Numbered from the stretch's first letter, positions 12,201 to 22,504 are shown. The stretch is DNA of 64,000 nt from Azolla caroliniana (GCA_043228905.1 JBHGNT010000005.1:24862001-24926000); one strand, 5' to 3'. The notes: generated from the letters alone by a model not told the origin. Translations and numbers: made by a program.

Positions 12201-12819
12201 CGGCATAAGGATGATATTTTGCCGGAAGTTGTATTGAGGAGTCCTTCTTAATAGTGCTAGAAGGATGTACTGATATGGCAAATAGGAACATTGCCTCCTT
12301 GGGTCCTTCTTCGCGTAGTTGATGGAGTGAAATGGTCGAAACTCGGTGAGTTGATTCTTGGGGTGGTCGATATCGGACTTCTCTTGTTCTCCAATCTATG
12401 GCTGGATTATGTAATTCAAGCCAAGGTAATCCTAGGACAATGGGATGCTCTGGACTACTAATTATATTGAATGATATTATACACACAAAACTACCTAGGA
12501 CAACTTGAATGGGTTCTGATTCTTCTACAATATTCCCGGAAGCAATGGGACAACCATCAATGACCACTACAGATGCGGGACAAGGAAGTTTTCTTAAGGA
12601 TATCTGAGAAGCTTGGGCAAAATTTCGATCCATGAAACAGGAATTAGCTCCGGAATCTAAAAGTGCTAGGACGGGTACTGGGGGAGTACTTTTAGTACTA
12701 ACAATGACTTGGGCTAGGAACACATTGCTAACTTGCTTGGAAGGAATGGAACCACTAATGGGCTGTACAGATCTAGGGCTGTTGTCCAACCAAATGGCTC
12801 CTATTTTGGCTGGACTCAA
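9247..12819 (-). CDS. pol: Pol: protease-RT-RNase H-integrase-chromodomain
   Basis: LLDSGA, YLDDLLIYS, EADASDFALG, HDTHTAGH...CDAC, DFITDLP, SDRGPQF, GQAER, YEVAAILDS...YLVDWLGY...TWEP; no stops over 1190 aa. Confidence 0.96.
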   Translation of the reverse strand: MSPAKIGAIWLDNSPRSVQPISGSIPSKQVSNVFLAQVIVSTKSTPPVPVLALLDSGANSCFMDRNFAQASQISLRKLPCPASVVVIDGCPIASGNIVEESEPIQVVLGSFVCIISFNIISSPEHPIVLGLPWLELHNPAIDWRTREVRYRPPQESTHRVSTISLHQLREEGPKEAMFLFAISVHPSSTIKKDSSIQLPAKYHPYADVFDKVKAGTLPHHRPYDCPIDLQPGTEPPWGPIYNLSPTELEVLRAYIEENLASGFIRHSKSPAGAPIFFVKKKDGSLRLVVDYRGLNKVTIRNRYALPLISSLLERVNGAKFFTKIDLRGAYNLVRIRPGDEWKTAFRTRYGHFEYTVMPFGLTNAPAVFQHMANDIFRDLLDICLIIYLDDLLIYSKTQEEHDSHVLLVLKRLRENGLYAKLEKCSFDCKQVEFLGYVISSKGIAMDPAKIQTVLEWQIPRSVRDVQCFLGFANFYRKFIQDYSKIILPLTQLTKKGQAFLWSIEADMAFRHLKKAFTSAPILAHVDTSKPFIMEADASDFALGSILSQQGDKEELHPVAFHSRKFNVAEINYEIHDKELLAIVDSFVQWRHFLEGSPHQVIVFSDHKNLAYFQNARVLNRRQARWAQFLTRFNFEITYRPGKQQGKADALSRRSYLAPRPGDATFDNQKQVILGPTRLHTTRIFHTPMDSRITDDIRATLKTDSFAQDILAHIDTSRASYSQSQQPGIDYRQFEYHDGLLFFKKRVYVPDCSCRLQIVQHCHDTHTAGHFGSTKTLELVQRSFWWPHMRRFVDDYVRTCDACCRAKMPRHHPYGLLEPLPIPSKPWQSICLDFITDLPVSKGFDAILTVVDRYTKMAHFVPCTKAITSEETAALVMREVFRHHGLPDSIISDRGPQFVSKFWQHLFRMLKVSCNLSSGYHPQTDGQAERTNQTLEQYLRCFLSYQQDDWAEILHFAEFAYNNAIHSSTRVSPFLAYTGFHPRWSVIDTPELPTNPRAEDHLERLRKIQMDLSTHLRHAQHTQKTYADRHRIPSSFAIGDRVWLLRRHIKTTRPCDKLDYRRLGPFRITGKINDVTFRLDLPPQLQIHPVFHCSLLEPYKANTIPDRVTPPPPPLELDAGPEYEVAAILDSKLVRNKLYYLVDWLGYSPSERTWEPVENVANAQDLLADFHRKYPDKPGPQLAPTRSTRRL

Positions 12820-13973
12820 TCGTTTAACTCTTCATCTAATTGACTAAGGATTTCAAATTTATTTGAGATACTTGGGCTATTAGTACTATGAATACTATCT
12901 GACACTCTATTAGTACTATTAATACTATCAGACACTCCAAAGGGAAGAATTGACTCGGGTTTAGTACAGGCGACGATTTGATTTACCTGTCTTCTTGGCC
13001 TATGGGGACAATTGATGGCGATATGTCCTGGTCCACCGCAATAAAGACATAATCGATTGGCACGTCGTCGTTGCTTTTCTTCTTCCGATAACGGGCCGCG
13101 TCGACGCATGGTATCGATCTCCATCGGTGTCGAAGTATTTGCTTGGGTTGTGTCTCGTGCAAACGGTTTAGCCGCGACTGCGGCGTAAGTGGGCTCTGGC
13201 CTAGAGCGTGGTATCTGTAATTGACGTTCTGAACGCCGTTCAAAAAGGCGGTTGTCACATCGAACGGCTCGACTGATTGCCTCCGTAAGAGACTTTGGTT
13301 CTTCGGGGAAAGTTAGAAGTAGATCTTTGACATCGTTTCGCAAGCCATAGCGAAACTGCTCCATTAGTGCTTGATCATCCCAGGGTATATCTGAAGCAAG
13401 TAGGCGGAAATCCGCCGCGTAGGCAGAGGCTGGACGATCGCCTTGACGCAATCGCCGGATCTTGTTGATCGCCGTCCTGATGCTGTCGGTGTCTCCAAAG
13501 CAGGCTTTAAACTCACCAATAAAATCTTCAAAGTTATTAAGTAAGGGTGATTGTTTTTCTAGAAGCGGAGCAAACCATGCCAAGGCTGAGCCGCTAAGTA
13601 GCGTGCCTATTAGACCGACTCGAGATGCATCAGTGGGATATCGGGAAGGATGCATCTGGATGACTAAGCGTACCTGATTAAGGAATCCCCGGAATTGCGA
13701 ACGCGTTCCATCGAATTTCACAGGAAGTCCAATCTTAGGCTCTTTATGAAATCCTTGGGAACTGGATCCTTGTTGTTGCAACGCTGCTTCGAGTTGTTGT
13801 ACCCGTAACGCTAACTCCCCATGTTGTTGTTGCGTTTGTTGTTTTTCTAGAGCGATTTGTTGCAGATCCCCTATCAGCCGTTGGTTTTCTTGTTCCAGGG
13901 CAACAAACTTTTCTTTTAGGCACTGTAGCTCGGAGAAAACAGATTGGTATTCTTGGGCGCTAACAGTAGCCAT
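12816..13973 (-). CDS. gag: Gag (coiled-coil, retrotransposon gag domain, CCHC zinc knuckle)
   Basis: PVKFDGTR, LRQGDRPASAYAADF, PMEID, CLYCGGPGHIAINC. Confidence 0.93.
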   Translation of the reverse strand: MATVSAQEYQSVFSELQCLKEKFVALEQENQRLIGDLQQIALEKQQTQQQHGELALRVQQLEAALQQQGSSSQGFHKEPKIGLPVKFDGTRSQFRGFLNQVRLVIQMHPSRYPTDASRVGLIGTLLSGSALAWFAPLLEKQSPLLNNFEDFIGEFKACFGDTDSIRTAINKIRRLRQGDRPASAYAADFRLLASDIPWDDQALMEQFRYGLRNDVKDLLLTFPEEPKSLTEAISRAVRCDNRLFERRSERQLQIPRSRPEPTYAAVAAKPFARDTTQANTSTPMEIDTMRRRGPLSEEEKQRRRANRLCLYCGGPGHIAINCPHRPRRQVNQIVACTKPESILPFGVSDSINSTNRVSDSIHSTNSPSISNKFEILSQLDEELND

Positions 13974-14042
13974 AGTATAGGGAAAAGGGTAGGAGGATGA
14001 GGGAGAGTGACAAGTAGGCTAGAGACCAAAATTGGTTCAAAC

Positions 14043-14473
14043 TGTCAGGAATAGTACTAAAACAGAGATGGAATTAGTACTAAGAACAGCAGTACTATTA
14101 GTACTAAGAGGACGGGACTGCGTAAGATTCCCGAGAGAGGAAGTGAGAAGAGGAGAGAGAGAGAGATAGCGAGAATGAGAGAGATGATGACAGCAGCTAT
14201 ATATTATGTGAAAAGATAAGTACAAGCGGCTAAGAGGCTTAAGACTGGCGTTGAACCAATTTGGTTCAAAACAATGCCTTGTGCCTCCTTTTATAGTGTT
14301 TTTAGGAATAATCTTGAAGCTTCTAGAATGTTCCAGAGAGATCTGGAATATACATCAATTTTCTATGATAAAGTATAAATGAAAATAATATTCTACAAAA
14401 TACAATTCCTAATCTAATGGTAAGAGCTCGACCCATGTAGCATAAAGTCATGGGTTCGAGTCTTGCCATGACA
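14043..14473 (-). repeat. 5' LTR of the Tcn1-like element
   Basis: Matches 8805-9235. Confidence 0.95.
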
Positions 14474-15539
14474 GTTTTGATCTCTTATGTGTTTAACTAG
14501 CAATGGGCACGGTTTCGGCTCAAACCGAACCGAACCGTTAAACTGTGGCTTAACGGTTTATCGGTTCAAAATTAAATAATGAGTTTGGTTTGGTTTAAAG
14601 AATGAAAGTTCGGTTTGGTTTCTGTTCGGTTCGGTTTAACATTTATCGGTTTATCGGTTTATCGGTTTTATCGGGCTAACGGTTTCTATTAATTTGGTTC
14701 GGTTTATAGGTTTATAGGTTCTTACCCTAGCCCTAAATTTTCAATTTTATAAATTATACCCTTCCTAAATTTTCTATTTTATAAATTATACCCTTCTTAT
14801 TTTTACTATGGACCTAATACTAGTTAGTAGTAGTAAGTACATACTACAAACTACAGTGTATCTACAAATAGACAGACACAACTATCGAACAGAAAGGATT
14901 CAGGAGGCGCACTACACAGGTGGCATTGTGCAGGTTGAGGCGGCAACCACCAATCACCACTTCCAATCACCACTTCATTGCTCTTCAGACTCCAGACTCT
15001 CCATAACACAGGTATGATCCATAACACAGGCTAAGTTTTTCCTTTTAGTTAACATGAAAAAATTGCAGTCTTCTCTTTGACTGATGAGTTGAAGATCATT
15101 TTAGACATGTATGAGAAGTAAATCATGCTCTTGATGGTGGAATTTATTATCACATCGTTTTTAATAAATTGGATTGAAACCTTATCATTTCCGGGTTTCC
15201 TCTGCATTACATTTGTATAGTGCACCATAACATATAGTTCCATTGCATTTAATCGGTTTCTCACAAATTGGGCCGAACCCTTATCACTGTTCCCAGTACT
15301 TTACTTTATATTTGTATTGTATTGTGCAGCCAGAACTTCAGTGCATGGGATGTTAGTTTCATTGCGATTTACTGCTCTATGGAATTATTTATATATACAA
15401 GATTCCTCTTGACATTATCTTTATGCTTATTAGACTCGGGATTTGGCTTATGGTGCTTCATAAAATAGGTCCAAAATTCTCTCTCAGATTTAATTATAAC
15501 TAAATTTGATTAAATCACATAACTTAACATCTTCCCTCA

Positions 15540-15995
15540 CCTGCTTTTGAAAGGCCATTGGCAAGGAAATTATAAGTGTTTATGTTGGGCACTTCTCCCT
15601 TTTCTTTCATCATCTTAAATAATGCAACATCTCCTGGTTTCTCTTCTTGCTAGAAGGAATAAACAAGAAGGTTACATATATACAAGTTTGTTAACAAAAC
15701 ATGTTGAAGCATCTTATCATACATCCCATAAGCTTGCTTTGGAAACCCTGCTTTCACCAATGCATCAATCATTATGTTAAATGTATGGGAATTGGGAATA
15801 CAATCATATTTCTCCATCCTTTCAAAGGCTGTGACAGAAGCTTCAAGCATTCCAACATAAGCATAGACCTTGGCAATAGCTGTGAAAGCATTCGGTATCA
15901 AACTAACTTGATCCTTAACTATGTCTTCCATGAGAAATTCTATGGTCTTGAAATCCTTTGCCTCCCCAAGAATCTCAAAAAGCCACCAAGTTGAG
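15540..15995 (-). pseudogene. Captured pentatricopeptide-repeat (PPR) gene fragment
   Basis: AFTAIAKVYAYVGMLEASVTAFERMEKYDCIPNSHTFNIMIDALVKAGFPKQAYGMYDKM, continuing after a frameshift as LFKMMKEKGEVPNINTYNFLANG. These match P-type PPR motifs. Confidence 0.8.
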
Positions 15996-16185
15996 CTAAC
16001 TTAGCAATGTAACAATGTATCTTTCTATGTTAACATGTCTATCTTTCTATGTTTTCCATTAGACATAATGGTTGTTTTACTGTTCTTAGCTAACTTAGCA
16101 AACTTTCTACTTCATTTATTTTTCTCATTATAATGTATTTGAAATGTGCTAATTGAGTTAATTGAATTTTATAGGACACCATAAA

Positions 16186-18401
16186 ATGGAATCATCATCT
16201 CAAACTGATGCTGCAATGAACTCATCTTCAATTGATGTTAGTCGTGGGTCAACAAGTAGCTCAAGAAAAAGGCTACGCACATCATGGACAGATGCTCACA
16301 TCATATTTTATATGGATAATGGCACACCTCGACGACGATGCCATCATTGCCATGTTTGTTGGTCTTCTACAACATCCACAGGCACTATAGCCAAACATTT
16401 AGCAGAAAAGCATCGTTTATCAAGCGGCCCAGACCAAAATTCAGGTATATCACAGCACATTCAATCTTCAATTGAGTCAGGTAGAGTATCTCATGTTTTA
16501 GAGAAGAAAATTGATGCTGCCATCGTGAAGTATATTGTGAAGGGAACATTGCCCCATGCACATGTGGAATCACCTGAATTTAAGGAGTTCATGCAACAAA
16601 TTGTACCTGGATATCAAGTAAAGTCAAGACGCACAATTAAGCGTTCTATCCTAGAAATGTATGTGGTGTTGCGTCGTCAGGTGATAGATTTGCTATCGAA
16701 ATGCCAATCAAGATTTTCCATAACATTTGATGGTTGGTCAAATAGTAGTTTGAAGGGCTTTTACTCAGTGACACTTCATTGGGTATGTCATGAAACAGCA
16801 AGGTCAAGGTCAATGTTATTGGATTTTGTGCATGTATTTCCAGGTGTTGGATCAGGGAAGCGTTGTGCACATGCCCTTTTTGCTCGACTTCGATCCTTTG
16901 ATATTTCTAGTCGACTCTTAGCTACAATTTTTGATGGAGCGAGTGATGCACAAGTAGCTGCAAAAGAGTTGAGCATGTTGTTACAAGATGAGCATGGTAA
17001 GGAAATTTTGGCTCCATCACATATGTTAAGATGTATGGTTCACACTTTTCAGTTGGGTATCAAGGCAGCATTAGAGGTTATCTCACCCTCAACAGAAAAG
17101 TTGAGAACAGTGCTCCATACTATTAGATCTAGCAAGGTTCGAAGGGAAGTGTTTAGGAAGTATGCTAGGATGGTTGAGCATCATGAAAGGGAACCCCCAA
17201 GGCTCGATGTTGTTACAAGATGGAATTCTACCTTGGAAATGTTTAGGCAATCTATCAAGGATAAAGATGTATTGAACTTTACAATTTCAGATTTAACAAT
17301 ATCAAGTGATTTCAATGGTAATGTCTTGACCAGAGAAGATTGGAGTCACATACATGCCATGGCGGAATGGCTAGATACACCGGCCGAGGTTTCTACTTTT
17401 CTGGGAGGCTCAAGATATCCTACATTATCACTAGCATCGCTAGCATATAATTGTTTACTAAATCATTGCAATCAATTTTTAGATTCTTCGCTTCCAGGAT
17501 CATCTAGATTCACACAAGAGGTGCTTCAAAGAGCATCTGAGAACTGCTTGCAATATTTAATTAAGTATCAAGAATCGTTAAAGTCTATTCAATCTCGCAT
17601 AGCAATGTTTCTTGATCCCAAGTAATGCTTACCTTTATATCGTACAATTATCATCATGATTTCTGATTTTTTATTTGAGTTTAAAACCATTTTATTTGTT
17701 TGATAGATTGCCTCTTCCAAATAATCATACAGAAAGAGAGTTAGATATTAAGTTGGTTGAAAGCATGATTGAGTCCCACTATCACTCGTTCTCGAGTGAT
17801 GTTGAACCACCTTCAGCTTCAACCACAATACATGAAAATGATAAGAATTCTAAAATTTGGACGTTAATGGGTGTAAATAATAAAAGTCTTATTTCCGATT
17901 CATAGTCAGAAATTCAGCACTTTATGAGACTTCCTTCGGCTAGCACGGACAAGGATCCTTTACAATGGTGGAATGATAATAAATCGACAATGCCTTCACT
18001 ATATAGGATAGCATGTGATTACCTCAGTATACCAGCATCATCAGTACCTGCTGAAGAGGCTAATTCGGCAGCAAAAATGACCTTTGATAATAGGATAAAA
18101 CTACATTCATGCACTTTCAAAGCTGAAATGTGCGTTCGATCATGGATGAATGTTTTAAAAGAATGTAATGTTCAAATGTTAGATAATTTTCACATCAGTT
18201 ATGCGGAACTAACAATGAATTTGGATGATCTTGTTGCTGAAGACGAGGTAATAGATTACATATCGCATGATAGTCAAAGGAAAATTAAGGTATGCATACT
18301 TGTTACTTGGTTGTTTTTTATTTGAGTCTTTACTTAAAGTATTTTTATTAATAATTACTTACTTGTTTTTATGTATTTTATATGTACAGGAATCATGTTG
18401 A
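16186..18401 (+). pseudogene. hAT transposase (BED finger, DDE, dimerisation domain), one in-frame stop
   Basis: CHHC...HLAEKH, TFDGWS, FDGASD, RCMVH, TRWNST, PLQWW...SIPASSVPAE. Predicted introns 17622-17706 and 18290-18389; in-frame TAG at 17903-17905. Confidence 0.88.
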
Positions 18402-18784
18402 TTTTTGACATGTTAACGACAATAGTGGTTGCAATTGGAGATCTTCAAAGTCATTGTAATTTTTATTACATGTTGTTTACTATTTTGTTTTTAGTCGATT
18501 CTTTAAATTTGTTATTATTGTGAAATGCTCTCAAGAATAGCCCCTTTTTCATTATGTCTCAAGTTACATTTTATAGACTCTCTCTTAGCGTGGAGGGTGT
18601 TCTCCCGCTCCAATTAGCTCTACTAATTATGGGGCTTGGTGGGGGCCTAGTTTGGGTGTGGTGCATGAGGCTTGGTAGGGGCCTAATTTGGGTGTGGTCT
18701 ATGTGTGGTGCATGGGGCTTGGTAGGGGCCTAATCTAGGTGTGGTCCATGTTACCACCACAATTCCCCCTTGTAAAAAAAAAAG

Positions 18785-20530
18785 TTACTGTGCAGTCGAA
18801 GCGCGACGAGGCGTGGACGACGGTTCTAGACGGGGGGATGACACGGGCGTGGGCGTAGGCATGAGTGTGGGCGGGGGCAGTGGTAGTTGATGGAAGGGCT
18901 TCATGCGAGACTGGTGAGCAAAGGTAGAGCGGTTGTTGGAGGCGCGGCGGAGCAGGTATGTAGTGTCGCGTATCTGCTTTTGAACTTCGAAGGGACCGAT
19001 CCATCGGTGCATGAGCGATTCGCTGAGACCGCTGTCGTAGTGTATTTCGTACACTACGTGAAAAAGTAAAAATAATATAACTGATTTAATTACATATAAA
19101 TAAATAAAATAATATATCAAGATATTTATCACGTGCATAGGGCAGGATTTGAACCCTGTACCTCCACATAGCCAAACCTCAACTTTACCATTATACTACC
19201 TTATCTTTAGTGTTCTATAAATAGATTTAATAACTATAAGTGCTTTATTTGCGCCTACCTTTATTAAAAGGTAAATCGTGCATTTTTAGAGTGTGTGAAT
19301 ATTTTATAGAAAAAAACGCAAGCAACTAAAAAGTGACTCGTGCACATCTAGCGTGCATGAGCACTATATTTAGCAAATAAAAGCAAGGATTAGAAAAGCA
19401 TCACATGCATATTTAGTGTGCATGAACATATTAGAAAAAAAAGCATGTAGCTATGCTTAGTCTCTCCCATCACTACATAAGGATGGGGAGCACAATGTAA
19501 TAGTGTGTGAAATATTTGGAAATTGGATATATTTCCGAAAACACCAACCGATTAATATAATCGTGGGATTCACGAAAATAATATAATCTATACTTGTGGG
19601 ATTCACAAGTTTCTTATATCTTTCTTTCAATCTAAATACATATTCTTATCTAAATATTGATTAATCGAATACAATACACTCGTGGGATTCACGAAATTTC
19701 TATCTCTCTTTCTAATAATCTATTTATTACTAGCCTCATCTCATATTCTTCTTTCTCCTAGTCCAAAACCTCGGCGGTTCCCACCCGACTCACGCAACGA
19801 TCCGGAGCCGAAAGGCACGACACCGCGACGACGGATGGGGAAGTAGACGAGGACTTTGTCACCGACGTGGTATTGATGGTCGACACGGCCTATATCGTGT
19901 TGTCGTTTTTGGCGTAGTTGTGCCTGGTGCAGGTTGCTCGTGAGGGATTTGCGGAGGAGGGGCTGGAGTTGTTGTAGGTGGGACCACCAAGACACTGCGT
20001 CAGCGTGGAGTCGTGTGGTTGGTTGCGGGACTGCCACTTCTGGGGGTAAGCGCGGGTCCCTTCCGTAAAGGGCCCGAAATGGGCTAATGCGGGTAGAGGC
20101 TTGCACAGTTGTGTTGTAGGCATGCGTAACGAAGGGCAAGATTCGGTCCCAGGTTGAGTGCAGCGGATCGATGTAGGCTGAGATTTGTTGTTTTAAGGTT
20201 CGATTGAGGCGCTCCGTCAACCCATTCGTTTGCGGATGGTAGGGTGACGTGAATAACTGTTGGATTCCTAGTTGTGTTGAAACGAGGCGTAGGAGCTCAC
20301 CGTTGAACTGGGGTCCTCGATCAGACAAGATTTGGAGTGGGCAACCGTGGGGGAAGATGATTTTCTCCAATAGTTTGGAGGCGATGGTCATAGCCTTTGC
20401 ATCTGGGATAGCGGCCGTCTCAGCCCAACGCGTCAAGTACTCGGTGATGACGAGGATGAATTTGTTCCCTCCTTGTGACTCGGGAAAGGGGCCCATAATG
20501 TCCCATCCGACGATTTCAAATGGAGCATCT
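18785..20530 (-). pseudogene. Integrase core + GPF region, split by a solo LTR
   Basis: PFEIVGWDIMGP, LSDRGPQF, HPQTNGLTER; LVYFPIRRRG|LSESLMHRWIGPFEV rejoins across the insert. Confidence 0.88.
19033..19822 (+). mobile_element. Solo LTR (790 bp) containing a tRNA-like module
   Basis: Termini TGTCGT...ACGACA and 4-bp TSD CCGC (19029-19032 / 19823-19826). AT-rich, with GTGGGATTCAC three times. Orientation is inferred from the CT-rich right end. Confidence 0.82.
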
Positions 20531-21551
20531 GTGTGAACTGAAAAATGCCTTTCCTAGTGCGGAATGCAGTTTTGTGGGCATCGTGAGGATTCATCGGGAT
20601 CTGCCAATATCCCGAGGCTAGATCGAGGGAGGTGAAGTATTTTGATTTGCCAAGCTGGTCGAGGAGGTCATCGATACGCGGGAGGGGGTATCGGTCATGG
20701 GTGGTGACATGGTTCAGTTGTCGGAAGTCGACACAAAAGCGGTAAGAACCATCCCCTTTCTTTACCATGTGTGGCTCCGAGATCCACTCGCTCTTGGAAG
20801 GTGTGATAATCCCTTGTTGGAGCATAGTTTTGACGGCGTTGTCGATGCGCTCGTGGTCGAGAGGCGAGCGACGTCGGGGAGCTGCGTTGATGGGGCGGGC
20901 GTTGCCTGTAGGAATCGTGTGGTGAATCGGAAAACGGACCGAGGGAGGTTTTACAGGTGGTGTAGACAACGAGGGAAAGGTGGCGAGGAGCCGTCTGATG
21001 TCTTTGATGCGCTCCGCCGGTGATATCAGGTACTGTGTGTTGCTGATGTGGGTGGTATCCCGCGGAGTAGTGAAGAGCGCGATCGGAATGTGATTTGGGA
21101 GGATGAGCTGTTGTGCGGAGAAATCGAGACAGGCTCGACTATGGAGGAACCAATCACATCCCAAGGTGATTGGGAACAACTGGCGCGGGAGGACGTAGAA
21201 ACGATGGTGGATCTGGGCGGAACTAATGGTGAGCATGCACCTGACTTGCGTATGTGAGTGGTACACCCGTTGTTGGTCGCCGAAGAGGATTTTAATGGGC
21301 GGTGCGTGGCTCGTGGGAAGTTGTAATTGGGTGACTAAATCTACGCTGATGGAATATATGCTGCTGCCGGAGTCGAGGAGAACTTCTTGGGTCGTGTGCT
21401 GGAGGCGGGCGATTGTGGTACAAACGGGCGAAGTTGATGAAGTGGAGGCGTGGACGTGCGGGGGCGGCTCGATCGTGGGAGAAACGGGAGAAGTTGAGGA
21501 CGTGGAGACGTGGACGTGCGGGAGCGGCTCTCCCTGCGGCACCCCGCGCAT
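20530..21551 (-). pseudogene. Protease + N-terminal RT (RT C-terminus, RNase H and IN zinc finger deleted)
   Basis: LLDSGS, RFCVDFRQLN, YPLPRIDDLL, LDLASGYWQI, KTAFRT, then an abrupt join to integrase sequence. No YxDD. Confidence 0.88.
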
Positions 21552-22504
21552 TAGTTTTCCGGGAGCTCAGAGAGGGAGGCAGCGTCAGCCAATTGGACGT
21601 TATGCTTCTGTTGGTGATTCTGCCACTTTCGGCAGTGACGCCGAATGTGGCCATAGTTGTTGCAGTAGAAACATTTGGGGCGTCCCTGGCTGTCTCGTTC
21701 GGGCAATGCACGCTTGGCACGTAATTGCGCGTTCTGGATGTCGATGTCCATGGGAGTGACGGCTGGTATAGTGTTTGTATGATCATGACTGAGATTACCT
21801 GGTGTGTGCATGTCGTGCGCGTCTGCAGCTTCGATGCGTTGGGCAGTGAGGATGGCTTCGTGTAGTGTCGTCGGGCCTTGATCGCGTACACGGCGGCGGA
21901 GGTCATGTCGTATACGCGGCCAGAAAAAAAACAACTTCATGTCCTCCGACATGTTGGCGTCAGCCCGGCGTAGGACCTGCACAAAACGAACCGTGAACTG
22001 GGTGATGGGTTCGCGTGGTTGTTGGGTAATTGACTCAAGTTGTTGTAGGGCCGTCTGGCGGGAGTCTTGATGAGCAAAATTCCGAATCATGGCTGCCCGT
22101 AACAGATCCCAGTCGTTGCGTGTCTCTTCGGGTTGTTGTACAAGCCATGTTGTTGCGATATTCTCGAGGAGTGTCTTCATCTCCATTGCCTTCCGAGGGT
22201 GTGGCCACTGGACCTGGTAACTGGCCACCATTTCGAAATGATCCAGCCAAGAGAGGACGTCTTCCGATGGTAGGCCGGAGAACGGTTTTGGGCGAACTCG
22301 AGAGTCCGGGAGATTTTGTTGTGGCTCGGATCGTGCTGAAAGAAAGGACAACATGGCTTGGTTAGTATGGTTAACTTGTAAAATGATGTTGGACAGAGCT
22401 TGAACCAGTTGGTCGATTGGCGATGTGGGCTGGTGTCCTTGATTGTGTTGTAGGAATTCCGGATTCATCGAGTTTGCGTTGCCGTCGTTGTTGTCGTGTT
22501 GCAT
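21551..22504 (-). CDS. gag: Gag with CCHC zinc knuckle
   Basis: PKPFSG..EDV..WL, QQPREPITQF, PMDID, CFYCNNYGHIRRHC. Confidence 0.9.
   Translation of the reverse strand: MQHDNNDGNANSMNPEFLQHNQGHQPTSPIDQLVQALSNIILQVNHTNQAMLSFLSARSEPQQNLPDSRVRPKPFSGLPSEDVLSWLDHFEMVASYQVQWPHPRKAMEMKTLLENIATTWLVQQPEETRNDWDLLRAAMIRNFAHQDSRQTALQQLESITQQPREPITQFTVRFVQVLRRADANMSEDMKLFFFWPRIRHDLRRRVRDQGPTTLHEAILTAQRIEAADAHDMHTPGNLSHDHTNTIPAVTPMDIDIQNAQLRAKRALPERDSQGRPKCFYCNNYGHIRRHCRKWQNHQQKHNVQLADAASLSELPEN

Larger units (their letters stand above)
8805..14473 (-). mobile_element. Intact young Ty3/gypsy chromovirus (Tcn1/Tf1-sushi-like)
   Basis: 431-bp LTRs at 8805-9235 and 14043-14473 (one mismatch seen by eye), TG..CA ends, 5-bp TSD GTTTT, PPT ~9236-9247, uninterrupted gag and pol. 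Confidence 0.96.
6995..14491 (+). mobile_element. Non-autonomous gypsy derivative (TRIM/LARD-like), copy 1, tRNA-Ala PBS, interrupted by two insertions
   Basis: 5' LTR TGTGGTG...TTTCACA at 6995-7143; PBS TGGTGGAGATGCAGGGTA at 7147-7164; decayed integrase remnants ~7775-8500; PPT 8622-8631. The 3' LTR starts at 8632, is split at 8804 and resumes at 14474-14491. Confidence 0.8.

Noticed and set aside
14510-14720. CRISPR-like or telomeric array
   Set aside because: Irregular AACCG/GGTTT motifs are hAT subterminal repeats, with no repeat-spacer periodicity.
21226-21906. Overlapping 177-aa and 204-aa ORFs
   Set aside because: Alternate or antisense frames of GC-rich gag/protease sequence, with no recognisable motifs.
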